Source of the DNA: Chiloscyllium plagiosum
Taxonomy: Eukaryota
DNA length: 64,000 nt
Reading direction: 5' to 3'
Assembly: GCF_004010195.1 (NCBI RefSeq)
Contig: NC_057749.1
Coordinates: forward strand, 21,403,376-21,467,375
Shown: one piece after another, positions 37,847-50,176 of the stretch
Numbering within the stretch: position 1 is the stretch's first letter
Layout of the letters: every line of letters begins with the position of its first letter
Notes under the pieces: model-generated
The model's input: only the letters and a program-made list of their open reading frames with translations
Databases searched by the model: none
What the model was told of the DNA's origin: nothing
Program-made: the position numbers and the translations under genes

Positions 37847-37900
37847 CACATTCTTCTTTTGGCATTCTGTCATGTATTTATTATCCACAGGCACTGCAAT
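37847..37900 (-). CDS. SEMA7A: SEMA7A-like copy A exon 3 (IAVPVDNKYMTECQKKNV)
   Basis: 54 bp, ttccag acceptor, gtgagt donor, phase 0/0; resembles the short exon that precedes the 'C.N.I..L' Sema exon. Confidence 0.75.
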
Positions 37901-39059
37901 CTGGAAAGTGAATAGAAACGCTTAAAAGAGATTGATGCTGTGTAATGTTCTTTCATATTGAAAAGTAACAGAGCTGATTGAATGTGGGTCGAGAGTGTGT
38001 TGCTGGGAGAGCTGATTGAATGCCATTGTTTCACTATGGACAGTTCAGCCCCAACAAATATCATCAACTCAGTGTTTCAATGAGAAAGTAGCACCTTACA
38101 GTGGGTCGTATTGATGGATTATTGTAGTACATTTATATAGTGCCATTCAGGCTGTTCTAAAGTCACCTTATGGCCAATAATATTCATGAAGTGTCACTGA
38201 ATTAATTTTAGAAACACAACTGCCAATTTACACACAGCAAGCTCCCATGAGTAGATTGCCTGTTTTATTGGTTAAAGGGATAAATATTAACCAGCACATT
38301 AAATGATGTCATGCCATTTTTCACATTCACCTGAGGGGGCGAATGGGGTACCAGGACATGGCAGAGACACTGTGCCCTGCTGAACACCACACCCGCCTCC
38401 CCACAATATACCACATCACTAGCTTTACCCAACAGCACAGCCCCAGAGGGTCAGAGTGAGGCAGATGCTCAGGGTTAAATCTCAAGATGCATCAGTGTCC
38501 TCACCCACTGGCCAGATAACAAAGTGAAAACATTACCTCATTTATCCTGTTTTCAAATAATAACATGAGATTGGCACATGTTGTGATGCAATTTCTCCAA
38601 TTAAGCAATCTTTTTGAATTCAGATCATCACCATTTATCAATGTGTATTTTTTATTCATTCGTGGGACATGAGTGTGGCTAGCTGGTTCCCTAGTTGTCC
38701 CTTAAAGTAGTGATGAGCTGCCTTCTTGAATTATTGCAGTCCATATGCTGTAGGTTGACCCATAATACCCTTAGGGAGGCAATTCCAGGATTTTGACTCA
38801 GCGACAGTGAAGGAACGATGATATTTTCCCAAGACAGAATGGGAAAATTGACAAATAAAACTACTTACAGGATCCTTGCTTTCCAATAATATCATTTTTC
38901 CTTTGAAGGTCAAACATACAGTTTCGAAGCATTGCAAACTCTTAATGTTTCTCATTTTGATCATAGCCTTAAATGACCTTCTTTTATCTGATTTCCTGAT
39001 TAAACGCTACTAGGAACTACTGTCTGAAATATTATTTCGAACAAGCCCAAATTGACTTT

Positions 39060-39480
39060 AACAGGAACACGGAAACTGCAGTCAGCCATCCAGCTCACCA
39101 AATCTGTTTCAACATTCAATGAGATGATGGCTGATCTGCCTAACTCCATATCTTCACCCATATCCCTCATCGCCTTTGCTTAACAAAAATGATCGATCTC
39201 AGTTTTAAAACTAACAACTGATCTCGCGCCAACTGCCATTTGTGGAAGAGATTTCCAAACATCTCCCACCCTAGGAGTGTGGAAGTGCTTCCTAACAATC
39301 CTCCTGAACAGTCTGGCCCTAATTCTCAGACTACGCCCCAGCATCCCCAACTAGTGGAAATAATTCATCTTTATCTACCATAATCTTTTCCTGTTAATAT
39401 CTTGAAGACTTTGATCAGATCACCCCTTGACCTGCTAAATTCTAGAGAAATTTGAACTAATTTGTAAATCTCTCCTTGAT
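39060..39480 (-). mobile_element. Decayed CR1-like 3' end
   Basis: Similar to the other CR1 3' ends. Confidence 0.55.
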
Positions 39481-40029
39481 CCAACTCACCAACAGTTATC
39501 TAGAATACGTTGGAATTGTATCACTTGGGCAAACACCTTGTTTTTCCCCATCCTTCTCCTTACTCCTACCCCATCTCTCTCTCCCCACCAAGCCCCTCTT
39601 CCTTCCCTCCTTGAAATCACCTCCTTCCTCCCCTCCTCTTTCTTCCTTCTCTCCTAATCCTCCTCCCTTCCCTCATCCTCTCCCCTTCCTACCCCCTTCT
39701 TCCCTTACCCACCCCCTTCTTATTTTCTACTTCTCGCTCCACATCCATTCATGATCCCTTCCACATGTCCCTTCTCTTCTACCCCTTTATCCTTCCCCAC
39801 TCCCCTCCACTCACCCTCTCTCACTAAAACCCAATTCAAATCTGTATGCTTCCCTATGCAATAATGCACTGGCGAGGAAATGCATCTGGGAAGGTTGGTT
39901 ATTCTATACTTGCTGTTAGGTAACACAACTGCTACATGACCGCATTGGAAAATGTTTTCAACCTAGATTTAATCAAGCATTAAGTTTCAAGGAATTTTTA
40001 AATTAAAAGTCTGCTATCACATTCAGTCT

Positions 40030-40236
40030 GGAGAGTGTGGTGCTGGAAAAGCACAGCAGGTCAGGCAGCATCCGAGGAGAATGAGAATCGACGTTTCGGG
40101 CATAAGCTCTTCATCAGGAATCTTATGCCTGAAACGTCGACTCTCCTGCTCCTCGGATGCTGCCCTGACCTGCTGTGCTTTTCCAGCACCACACTCGCGA
40201 CTCTGATCTCCAGCATCTGCAGCCCTCACTTTCTCC
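40030..40236. mobile_element. Palindromic short Penelope-derived element
   Basis: Inverted arms; minus-strand attcCTGATGAaGAGCttatGCCCGAAACGTCga. Confidence 0.75.
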
Positions 40237-40898
40237 TGCTATTACATTCGGTAAATTCGATTGTTTGAACTTTTTTTGATTCCTGACAGATGCTGAGTTT
40301 GGGGAATGATCTACCAGACAGAGATGGAGAGGGCTCAATACTTCCTTAAGAAGCTCATCTGTCTTTCAAACCTCCAGGTTAATCCCTTCACTTCCCTTTT
40401 CCACTGTGACCTTTCCCTCTGCTTTTTATCTAACTTCCAAAAATTGGAGCGACGTTGTTTCTTTCCTGTGAGGTACAACATCGAAAATGGCAAACGTGCG
40501 TGGGCTCCCTGAAAGTTACATCACGAGGTTAATTGCAATCACCCATGATATTTGCAAATCTGCAAATTTCACAAACAAAACCATTTCCTGACCAAAGGAA
40601 TTGAGAAATGCAAAACATCGCAGATAGCAGAACTCAGAAATTGAAAAAAAAAAGGCTGGGTTTTGAAATTTAAGGAAATGTCAATTTTAAATGTTGATGT
40701 TTAACCATTTCCACAGGTACTGCCCGAGTTTCTCCAGTAATTTTTCAATATAACTCAGTGTTCAGTTTCCCCACGAGCTGAGTGATTTTAGTGTTGGTTC
40801 TTCATCCAGGTTCCACGTGATGGACTGGTTAGTAAAGTTAGATCACATGGAATCCAGGGAGAGCTAGCCAATTGGATACAAAATTGGCTTGATGGTAT

Positions 40899-41140
40899 GA
40901 TTAGATTAGATTAGATTAGATCAGATTACATTACAGTGTGGAAACAGGCCCTTCGGCCCAACAAGTCCACACCGACCCGCCGAAGCACAACCCACCCATT
41001 CCCCTAAATTTACCCCTTCACCTAACACCGCGGGCAATTTAGCATGGCCAATTCACCTGACCCGCATGTCTTTGGACTGTGGGAGGAAACCCACACAGAC
41101 ACGGGGAGAACGTGCAAACTCCACACAGTCAGTCGCCTGA
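40899..41140 (-). mobile_element. HE1-type SINE with (ttaga)n tail, inserted in a CR1 fragment (40805-41269)
   Basis: Tail and core motifs; CR1 GV.QGSVLG remnant at 41155-41269. Confidence 0.8.
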
Positions 41141-41269
41141 GGATGTGACAGGGGATGGTGGTGATAGAGGGTTGTTGTTCAGACTGGAGGCCTGTGGCCA
41201 GGGGTGTGCTGCAAGGATCGGTGCTGGGTTCACGGTCATTTGCCATTTATAGAAATGATTTGGATGACA

Positions 41270-41819
41270 NNNNNNNNNNNNNNNNNNNNNNNNNNNNNNN
41301 NNNNNNNNNNNNNNNNNNNNNNNNNNNNNNNNNNNNNNNNNNNNNNNNNNNNNNNNNNNNNNNNNNNNNNNNNNNNNNNNNNNNNNNNNNNNNNNNNNNN
41401 NNNNNNNNNNNNNNNNNNNNNNNNNNNNNNNNNNNNNNNNNNNNNNNNNNNNNNNNNNNNNNNNNNNNNNNNNNNNNNNNNNNNNNNNNNNNNNNNNNNN
41501 NNNNNNNNNNNNNNNNNNNNNNNNNNNNNNNNNNNNNNNNNNNNNNNNNNNNNNNNNNNNNNNNNNNNNNNNNNNNNNNNNNNNNNNNNNNNNNNNNNNN
41601 NNNNNNNNNNNNNNNNNNNNNNNNNNNNNNNNNNNNNNNNNNNNNNNNNNNNNNNNNNNNNNNNNNNNNNNNNNNNNNNNNNNNNNNNNNNNNNNNNNNN
41701 NNNNNNNNNNNNNNNNNNNNNNNNNNNNNNNNNNNNNNNNNNNNNNNNNNNNNNNNNNNNNNNNNNNNNATACACACACACGAACACACACACAAACACA
41801 CACATATACATANNNNNNN
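41270..41819. other. Scaffold gap of exactly 500 N (41270-41769), a short CA tract and a 7-N gap
   Basis: N runs; the round number suggests the true size is unknown. Confidence 0.97.
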
Positions 41820-42224
41820 CTCATTACAAGGTTAAAGGGACACAGTTTCTTTGAGAAAACTGTCTTAGAAGCATTTGGAAACGGGAAAGAGGGTGTGATA
41901 AAATCTCAACACTCCCTGTGTAGCCACCTCAGGATTGATGCTGTAGTGTGGGCAGAGAGAGAGGGTGGGGGTTACAGTTGTTTGTGGTGGCCAGTGCATG
42001 GAGCCAGCACTGGGAGAGTCTGTCAGAGTGAAGTCTCAGTCAGGCTCCCACTGTCCAAGGAGCGGTCTTTAATTTCCATCAGATTCCAATCCTGCTCTCA
42101 AATCCAATGCAGCTTCAGTGATGAGAAGTTCAAAACTTCGGAAGCAGTTTTGAAAATCTTCCATTTGGATGGGGAACATTTTATCTAAAAGTCAGCAGGA
42201 AATCAGCATTAAAAACAAAATATT

Positions 42225-42450
42225 GCAGATGTTAGAAATCTGAGTAACAACAGAAATTGCTGGAGAAACTCAGCAGGTCAGGCAGCATTTGTGGAGAGAG
42301 AAACAGAGTTAACGTTTCGAGTCCAATAGACTCTTCTTCCAAACACTGAAGACTTTTCCAAAGAAGTCGAAACGTTAACTCTGTTTCTCTCTGCACAACA
42401 GCCGCCAGACCTGCTGAGTTTCTCCAGCACTTCCTGTTTCTATTTCAGGA
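42225..42450. mobile_element. Imperfect palindromic Penelope-derived element in copy B intron 8
   Basis: Counterpart of 25774-26007, but with a diverged second arm. Confidence 0.8.
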
Positions 42451-42560
42451 AAACCAAGGTCTGGGTTTTCACTTTTCTGGTCTTGCATGAAAAGTCAGTA
42501 CAAACTGTTTTAATTCCCTTTCTCACTGAACCTTTCACTCAATAATCTGTCTGTGTTTAG

Positions 42561-42669
42561 GAACGGGTCAGCAATCTGCACGTACTCCATGGAGGACATT
42601 AATAATGTGTTCAGTACTTCCACGTTTAAAGGATTCACTGAATCTATTCCTGACCCAAGACCTGGGACG
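42561..42669 (+). CDS. SEMA7A: SEMA7A-like copy B exon 9 (NGSAICTYSMEDINNVFSTSTFKGFTESIPDPRPGT)
   Basis: 109 bp, gtttag/gtaaga, phase 2/0, SA.C.YS..DI..VF...P.PRPG motif. Confidence 0.96.
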
Positions 42670-45600
42670 GTAAGAAGCTGCTGATTCTTGTTCACTTGGG
42701 CACTGGTTTTACCAGATCCAGAAAATGACTGAAACACTTCAGTCTAATTAATGATTTAATTATTATGTGAGGATAGAAAAGTTGGATTTTCTATGGCTTT
42801 ATTAAATGAGGTATTCGGGCTTGGATTTTACACAGGGACAGTGAACACAGTGTGTAATCTTTCAGATAAAGCAGTCTCAGAGGGTGGCGGAGTTCTGTGT
42901 CAATTTGAAGTCATCATTTTGTACTTCGTTGTACACAATGATTTGATTCTGTTTGAAAATTTATTGTGAAGAAACAAAACCTGCAGCAACTTGAACAGCA
43001 GAGTTGTATGCAGTTTGAGGAACATTACCAGCTGAGGAACTGGGCGATGCTGAACTGAGGCACCACAATGGCACTCCTGGTGGGAGAGTGTCATTGTAAG
43101 GTGGACCTTGTTTACATAGGTCGATCCCATTATAAACGTTCACAGAAAAATCCATAATGGGACGACTGGCATTCAAGTGTGAGATGAGCATACACGGTTT
43201 AGTGGCACTTACTGGCTGTAGTTAACTGGGCAGTATCTCAAAATAGATTGAAGGCAGAGTTAAATGGAATTATCCCCCAATTAAACTGACTACAATACAT
43301 TGCTGACAATGTCTACATCAAAGACTGGTCTGTTGCAGCACACACAGTACAAATACCTCACGTTGAGAAATAACTCTCAGTTAAATCTGATATCCCAGAA
43401 TTTACTGATGTAACTGGACCTGGATACTGACCGAGACGGTGTGTTCAATACCGCAGGTCAGATGTTTGATTCGTCTAAACGCTGTTCCGTCACTTACTCC
43501 AGAGGGTGATGTTCAGTGTGAATTACTGCACCATCCAATCTCCACGTTACTGAACTGATCAAATCCAATCAAATACAATCCTTTCCTGATAACTTTTCTT
43601 CTAAATTTGGTTGACGCTGTGTCTAGGTGTCAAGTTTCTCCTTGTTATTCTCTTTGCTGATTGGTTGAATTGGTGATTCATCGACATCTCATTGTTCACC
43701 AGTCAATTTACAGAAAATCTTATTCTCCTTGATTTCAATTCCTTTTCCCTACCCTTTCCACTTTTTAGTTTCTCCCAGGACAGATCAAACCAAATGAGTT
43801 GTTGGCCAAGAAAAACAAATATCTTAGAGCAAAAGTGCTCAAGCTGTGGGTCATGACCCCTACTGTGATCATGTGCTGAGCAATGGGGGTCCCAAACTCC
43901 AAGGTACAATGGTACAATGGCTGTGGAGTAGGGACTGGGATGGGATAGTCCTGGATTCATCTCTGACTCCAATCCTGTCTCCAGTAGAACAATGGGACAT
44001 TATTTTACCGGAAACCTTTGCTCCTTTGAAAGTCATAACTTGTTTTAGTTTTGTCCGTGCCCCTTTGGACTCTGTCACTCCCCACAAATCCCTTGTTTTC
44101 ACTCTGGGGTCACCCATTTGTCACGTGTGAACTTAGGGTCAGAGTGTGAACAAGGTCAGGATTCAGTAGTTTCGAATGCAAGGCACTCTCTGGTCTCTCA
44201 GCTAGAAGAGGAGATCATGTGGTGTCGAGGGAATCCAAAGTGTGTCTCGTCACAAGATAACTTACAGCCTTCTATTCTTCTCACATTGTTGCAGTGTGGG
44301 ACTAACACTCAAAGTCTGGAAAGTAAAGTACTGAGAATGGTGGAACACCATCCTGAAATGGAGAGTCCAATCCATCCCATCGGAAAAGGCCCCCTCATCT
44401 TCAAGGATGAGGATCATTTCAAGAAAATCGTCGTGGATTTCGTTGTTGGCTTCAATGGAACAGTGTTCTACGTCCTTTTCCTGGCCATGGGTAGGTCTTC
44501 CCACCAAACAGTTTGTATAGATGAGAAGATACCCGATGTTACCACTTGTAAATAACTTGGTACTCGACATATTAATTCTCATCTGTGCTGAGGTAAAGCA
44601 TAATGGGACACCCCACAGAATTACACAGCGCAGACAGAAGCCATTCTGTCCCTCTCCTCCATGCTGTTCCTTTGCCATCCAATTTACCCCACTTATTTAC
44701 TGTTGCCAGGCAACCTTTATCTTCATGCACTTATCCAATTCTCATTTCAATATGTCACATTGAATGCACTTCCAACACCCATGGGTGTTTTTGACTGCGG
44801 GATAACATTTCAGATACTTCTATGAGTGAAGCTGTGAAGAGGTAGGGTCTCCTGGTTTGGTTGTGTGTCTCAGTGGCACGTGTCCTTGCAAATTGAGACT
44901 AAATGCTGGAGGGAGTTACAAATAAGCAGAGCCTGATATCCCTCCACTAGAATAATGATCCGAAGCTAATGCCCAGATGCATCAGGATTTGACAGGAATT
45001 TGCTTTGTGGCCTTATGTGAATATGGATTTGATCAAATAAAAAGAGAAAGCAATTCTCTTCTGATGTAAATCAACCCACAACCGAGTTAAATGACAGCAT
45101 GAACTTCATGGGATGAATGGCCTCACATTTTGTTTCTAGGTAAAAACAATGACTGCAGATGCTGGAAACCAGATTGTGGATTAGACTGGTCCTGGAAAAG
45201 CACAGCAGTTCAGGCAGCGTCCGAGGAGCAGGAAAATCGACGTATTCCTGATGAAGGGCCTTTGCCCGAAACGTCGATTTTACTGCTCCTTGGATGCTGC
45301 CTGACCTGCTGTGCTTTTCCAGGACCACTTATCCAGAATCACATTTTCTTCCTAGTTTTGTCAGTCAATAGAAGACTTCTGTTGCTTGTCAAATGTAAAA
45401 TTGGACACTGTTACATTTGGTGCAAAGTTAAGCCAAGGCCCCAAGTGGCCCAGGGCAAGTTAAAGACCCCACGGCAGTGTTTGGGAGAACACCACAGTTC
45501 TTCTGATGTTTTTGCCAATCTTTGATTCTTTCTCATCTAAACTATTCTCAGGTAACGATCACCATTGGCTCCATTGAGATCACGTGACTTAGTTTTTCAT

Positions 45601-48600
45601 ATTAAACCTCTATTATATGAATATCAAAGGCCCAGTTTCCCACACTGGGGATTTTGACCATTCTAGAGATTGCCGCCGACAGATATCTAATCATGAGGAA
45701 TGTGAATTCACCGGGTTTTGACATTATTGAAACGCTGAGTCTCTCTTTTCTCCCCACAGGAGATGGTAAAATCCAGAAGGTTCTGGAAATCGGACAGTCA
45801 GTCTTCATCATTTCAGAACTTACGATTCTAAAGGAGCCAGGACCAATCTCATCAATGTCCCTGGACTCTGAAGCTGTAAGTACAAAGGTCAAGGGGTCAT
45901 CCACCTGACCAGAAAATGAAAGGCAGTAGCAGGAATCCTTTACTGTTTTAAGAAAAAAAGGCAGTGAAATTAATATTTTTACTTGTCTTTCTAGAAACTT
46001 CTGTACGTTACCGCTGCTAAAGAGGTGGTTCGGATCCCACTGATGCAGTGTGAAAAATATAATGAAAGCTGTGAAAGCTGCGTCATGGCCAGGGACCCCT
46101 ACTGTGCTTGGGATGACAGAGAGAAGAATTGTGTCCCTGTCACATCTCGCTCCAGGTACGTATGGGGAACCATTTTCCATATTTCAAACCCCTTTTCTTA
46201 TTTTTTCCAAAGCCCCATCTTCTGCTCTCCTGAGGGAAACTAATCGAGGCTGACAGTTCAGTGTAGCCCTCAGGCCCTCGGGGTACCTCCATTATGGTGT
46301 GACCTTAAACTGAACTCCTTTCTGCCCCCTCAGGGGGGATGCAGAAGATCCTGTGACATTGTTTTGATGACACATGGGATGTGGGTCTCTCCCATCGCCA
46401 ATACTTACCCCTCAGACAAAGTCACTGAAGTCAGCTTACCACCTCAACATTTCACTGCTGCTGGTGGGAGCTTGCTGTGCACAGGTCAGTTGCCACATTT
46501 CCTACAATAGGAAGATGACAGCAGTTTGAAAGATCTTCACTGGCTACAAAGTGGTTTGGGATGTTTTGAAGTTGTTCCTAGAGGCAGGCCTTTCTTTCAG
46601 CATTATCAGCATGTGTAGTTGCACACAATTCCACCAGTGACTCACTGAAGAAGTCTATTCTCGCTCACATGACCAGGCACTGAAGGGGTCACTTGTAACC
46701 TAGGGAGCATGTTCCTATTAGTGCGTTGCCCATTACAGTTTCCAGTTCATTGCCGATTACAGTGCCCATTACAATGCCCAATACAATGATCACTACAGCG
46801 CACAGTGCAATACCTTTTACACATCCTTTAGAATGCCAGTTACCCAGTAGCACCCATGTTACCCAGTGTAGTGTCCATTGTTTAGTTGAATCCCCATTAC
46901 CCAGTACAATTCCCATTAAACTGCACCAATCTGGGTTTGAGAGTGCACTGGAAGCCAGTGGAGATCACTGGGCACTGGAATGCTCAGTGAAGAGTACTCC
47001 GAGTCAGGCCATGGGCAGCAGAATCGCCCGCGTCCCAAAAATATTTTGTAAACCAAGACATGTAAGAGGCAACCGGAAAAACATTAATTTTCTTTTGAAA
47101 TAAAGACTAATGGTGCCCTGCTGATAATCTCCCTTTTGGAATGTGAAGGCTGTGAAAGCATTAATGTCCTGTGATTAACCTCACAGAGGGGAGAACTGTA
47201 GCACCCAGACTTACCTCAGCATTGTATTTATTTTCACAGCAACCTTATCCAAGATCCTGAAAATGGTGATCACAAGAAATGTCCTTCAGAAAGAGGTGAG
47301 GTTCCGCTGAGAGAGAGTACAGCGATTCTCGCTCTTATTGATCTGGCCACAGAATCAGTATCTCAGTTCATTTCTCAGTTATCGCTCACAACAGCACAGC
47401 AGTTATGAAGGTCACTTGTTACAATGAGTGGATGATTTCTCTGAGCAGCTCAATCACAACAGACACAAAATAATCAGAAACGTTTCTGACTAAAACTGCA
47501 ACAGCTTCCAAAAGATATTGTAATCACTTTGCATTTTAACATTCCAAACTGTTACATTTTTGTTTCAAAGATATCAAGAGGCACCCAATTTTCTGTCCTT
47601 TTTAAATATTTGGAGGCCTCACCAGTTACAAAACTGGGATTGAAATTCACCTGGGGAAGGGAGAATGAAAACATTAACTGCTTTTGCCTGAATTTCAAAT
47701 CTTTCCCCACTTGGTGAAACGTTATAGAATCCCTACGGTGTGGAAACAGGCCATTCAGCCCAACAAGTCCACACTGACCCTTCGAAGAGTATCCCACCAA
47801 ACCCATTTCCCGACATTTACCCCTGACTAGTGCACCCAGCCTACACATCCCTGAACAATATGGGCAATTTCCCATGGTCAATCCTCCTAACCTGCACAAT
47901 TTTGGACTGTGGGAGGAAACCAGAGCACCTGGAGAAACCCACGCAGACACGGGGAGGATGTGCAAATTCCACACAGACAGTCACCCAAGTCTGGTCCCTG
48001 GCACTGTGAGGCAGTAGTGCTAACCACTGAGCCATTGTGCCACCCCAAAATTTTCAATGCTTTGTTGGAACTTCAATCTTGATGATTATCTTTGAAGTGA
48101 AATGGTGTTCATCAGGATTATAACCATTGACACTGACACTGACACCGCTCCTTCATCAGGTGATAGTGGCATCCTGTCTGTTTGCCTTCTTGTATTATTT
48201 ACTCATGGGATGTGAGCATGTTGGACAGGTGAACATTTATTACCCTTTGGTGTCTGGTGGTGAGCTGCCATCTTGAGCCATTGTAGTCCTTGAGGTAGAT
48301 ACCTCACAGTGCTGTTATGGAGGGAGCTCCAGGATTCTGACCCAGCAACAGTGAGGGAATTCTGATGTATTTCCGAGACAGAACATTGAGCAACTTGGAG
48401 GGGAACTTGCAAAGTGGTGTTCCCATGTGTCTGTTCCCACGCCCTTGCGGGTTTGGAAGGCGCTGTCTAAGGAGTCTTGTTGAGTTGCTGCAGTGCATCT
48501 TGTCGCTGGTACACCCTACTGCCCCTGTAGGTCAGTGATCTACCCGTTACTGATCAAACCATCGTGCTGGCTGCATTGTCCTGATGCTGCACTGAATATT

Positions 48601-49722
48601 CCATTCCCAACACCGTGACATTCCCATTCCCACTGGGGAACAATCCCGATCAGCCTAGCTCCAGTTTATTGCTGCTAATTCACACAGGTTTAACCAGCCA
48701 GATGCTGTTCCCTCCAACCCCGACACCAACATACCCCCCCCCCTCCCTCCACCATGTTGGTCTGTGGGAAACAGAATGTAAATAAATCATGCAGCTCCGG
48801 CCCTTCAAAGAAGCCCACCCCCCCAGTTACAATCCCCTCTGAAGTAGGGGACATTTTCACATTTCTATCTGGTGGGGGACCTACATGACTGGGTGGAAGT
48901 TCAATTTGTCACCTTTCCCGAATTTACTGTCTACAGAAGGAGCAGATTTCTATCTGTGACCTCAAGGGCTCCTTCAGTGACAGGTTCAGTCAAATTAGTT
49001 TCCGCTCACCCTCACCCCCAGCAGTATGTGCAGCTCAGTTTGCGCAGAGACTTGACGGTATATGGGGTGTTTTACAAACGGTGACTGAAGCGAAGGTCAT
49101 TGCAGTTTGAAGCTGAGGAACATTCTGAGCCCATGGGACAGTGCGGGTCAGTGGGATCAGTTTGGATCGTTCTGTCAAAGACCATGAACCAGTCAAGGGT
49201 AGAGGGGGCAGATCCTTTGGTGATCTGAATGTTTATGGCTCTTTGAAGTGTCTAACTGAACTGAAACGAAGGCAAGAAGTCCTGAAATATGTCAGATCTG
49301 TCCTCATACCTGACAATGTTTGAAGGCGGCTTTAACAAGATGGAGCACTAATGATTCTGGTTTTCTTTCTCCTAGTTGCGTTTTACCGTTCCTCACAAAG
49401 AGAGAATCCCGCTCTTGTCCTGGAGGGCCATGGCTCAGTTTACCTTTCATGCCCTAAGCAATCCCATCATGCACATTACTCATGGAAGATGCAAGACCAG
49501 ACAATGGACTGTTCTTCAAATGAAGATGAATGCCTTTTCTTCATAAGTAACCTTGCAGAACGTGGAGGTAGCTCATACCAATGTGTTTCAAATGAAAGGG
49601 GACATGAACAGTTTCACACGTCGTATTTGATTAAGGACAGTGGGTCTTTGATGTATTTGACCAGATGCAGTATTGCTGTCTACTGTATTTTCATGACAGC
49701 TGTGGCTCTGCTCTTGCACTGA
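42561..49722 (+). CDS. SEMA7A: Semaphorin-7A-like gene, copy B (partial: exons 9-14 only, all intact)
   Basis: Six in-phase GT-AG exons; homology to copy A begins in intron 8 immediately after the gap; no plus-strand exons 1-8 found in the window. Confidence 0.85.
44295..44490 (+). CDS. SEMA7A: SEMA7A-like copy B exon 10
   Basis: 196 bp, ttgcag/gtaggt; CGTNTQSLESKVLRMVEHHPEMESPIHPIGKGPLIFKDEDHFKKIVVDFVVGFNGTVFYVLFLAM. Confidence 0.95.
45140..45335. mobile_element. Palindromic short element with hammerhead motif, copy B only
   Basis: attcCTGATGAaGGGCctttGCCCGAAACGTCga at ~45244-45277; absent at paralogous ~20520. Confidence 0.75.
45760..45875 (+). CDS. SEMA7A: SEMA7A-like copy B exon 11
   Basis: 116 bp, ccacag/gtaagt; identical to copy A exon 11. 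Confidence 0.95.
45995..46155 (+). CDS. SEMA7A: SEMA7A-like copy B exon 12 (PSI domain)
   Basis: 161 bp, ttctag/gtacgt; KLLYVTAAKEVVRIPLMQCEKYNESCESCVMARDPYCAWDDREKNCVPVTSRS. Confidence 0.96.
47240..47295 (+). CDS. SEMA7A: SEMA7A-like copy B exon 13
   Basis: 56 bp, tcacag/gtgagg; NLIQDPENGDHKKCPSER. Confidence 0.9.
47725..48047 (-). mobile_element. HE1-type SINE in copy B intron 13
   Basis: tRNA-like head tggctcagtggttagcact, core and tail. Confidence 0.85.
49376..49722 (+). CDS. SEMA7A: SEMA7A-like copy B terminal exon 14 (Ig domain plus GPI-type tail)
   Basis: tcctag acceptor; lies within ORF 49351-49722; 12 bp shorter than copy A, frame preserved. Confidence 0.94.
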
Positions 49723-50176
49723 GTTTGAGCAATGACTCTCTCTCTTGTCCTCTTGTCGCAGAGATTGGAAACAACTTGTTTGTGCTTCTAGTCTGGATTG
49801 CTGCTGGGATATATTGAGGGTAAACACACTGAAATATTCTGAATAGCCCTACCTCAATGGCCAAGTGACATGTCTAAGGAAGGTCGAAGGTCTGTATCCA
49901 TGTGGGAATTGCAATTTAATCTTTGGAACCTGTCTCAATAGAACATTAGGTTCTTATAAAGAGCAAATCTATAACCATTTACAAATTTACAGCTCTGCTC
50001 TTCAGAGGGCAGATTTATTCCAAATCTTCATTCCTGTTGTGTTATTGGCTCCTTCAGGAGAAATCAGGTCAGTGATTGTTCAGGCTTCTTTCGATTGGTT
50101 CAGTTTGTGAGAGAGAGGTTTGTTCTGGAACTCACCTCCCCTTATCCAGCAAGTCCCAGTTCCACGTCACTCTTTT

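Larger units (their letters stand above)
16919..37900 (-). pseudogene. SEMA7A: Semaphorin-7A-like gene, copy A (exons 3-8 and 10-14 present; exon 9 deleted as assembled; exons 1-2 not found)
   Basis: Eleven GT-AG exons with compatible phases encode Sema motifs (CGTNAWNPKC, GRGVCPFSP, SRVARVCK-NDRGG, KWATFLKARLLC), a PSI domain (SCESCIMARDPYCAW), an Ig domain (YLSCP...YSW...YQC) and a hydrophobic GPI-type tail ending LLLH*. Splicing exon 8 (phase 2) to exon 10 (phase 0) frameshifts. Orthology to SEMA7A is inferred from architecture, not tested. Pseudogene status depends on the assembly being correct at ~25770. Confidence 0.7.

Noticed and set aside
38869..39023. Candidate exon 2 on the minus strand (155 bp, tttcag/gtaagt, phase 1/0, ending GKMILLESKDP)
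   Set aside because: Two in-frame stops and no convincing Sema similarity; the size and phase match may be chance.
40430..40560. Minus-strand peptide SPRTFAIF resembling SEMA7A GPRIFAVW (possible exon 1 end)
   Set aside because: In-frame stop just upstream, no signal peptide and no suitable donor site.
45602..46180. 192-aa antisense ORF over exons 11-12
   Set aside because: Shadow frame of real exons; interrupted in copy A.
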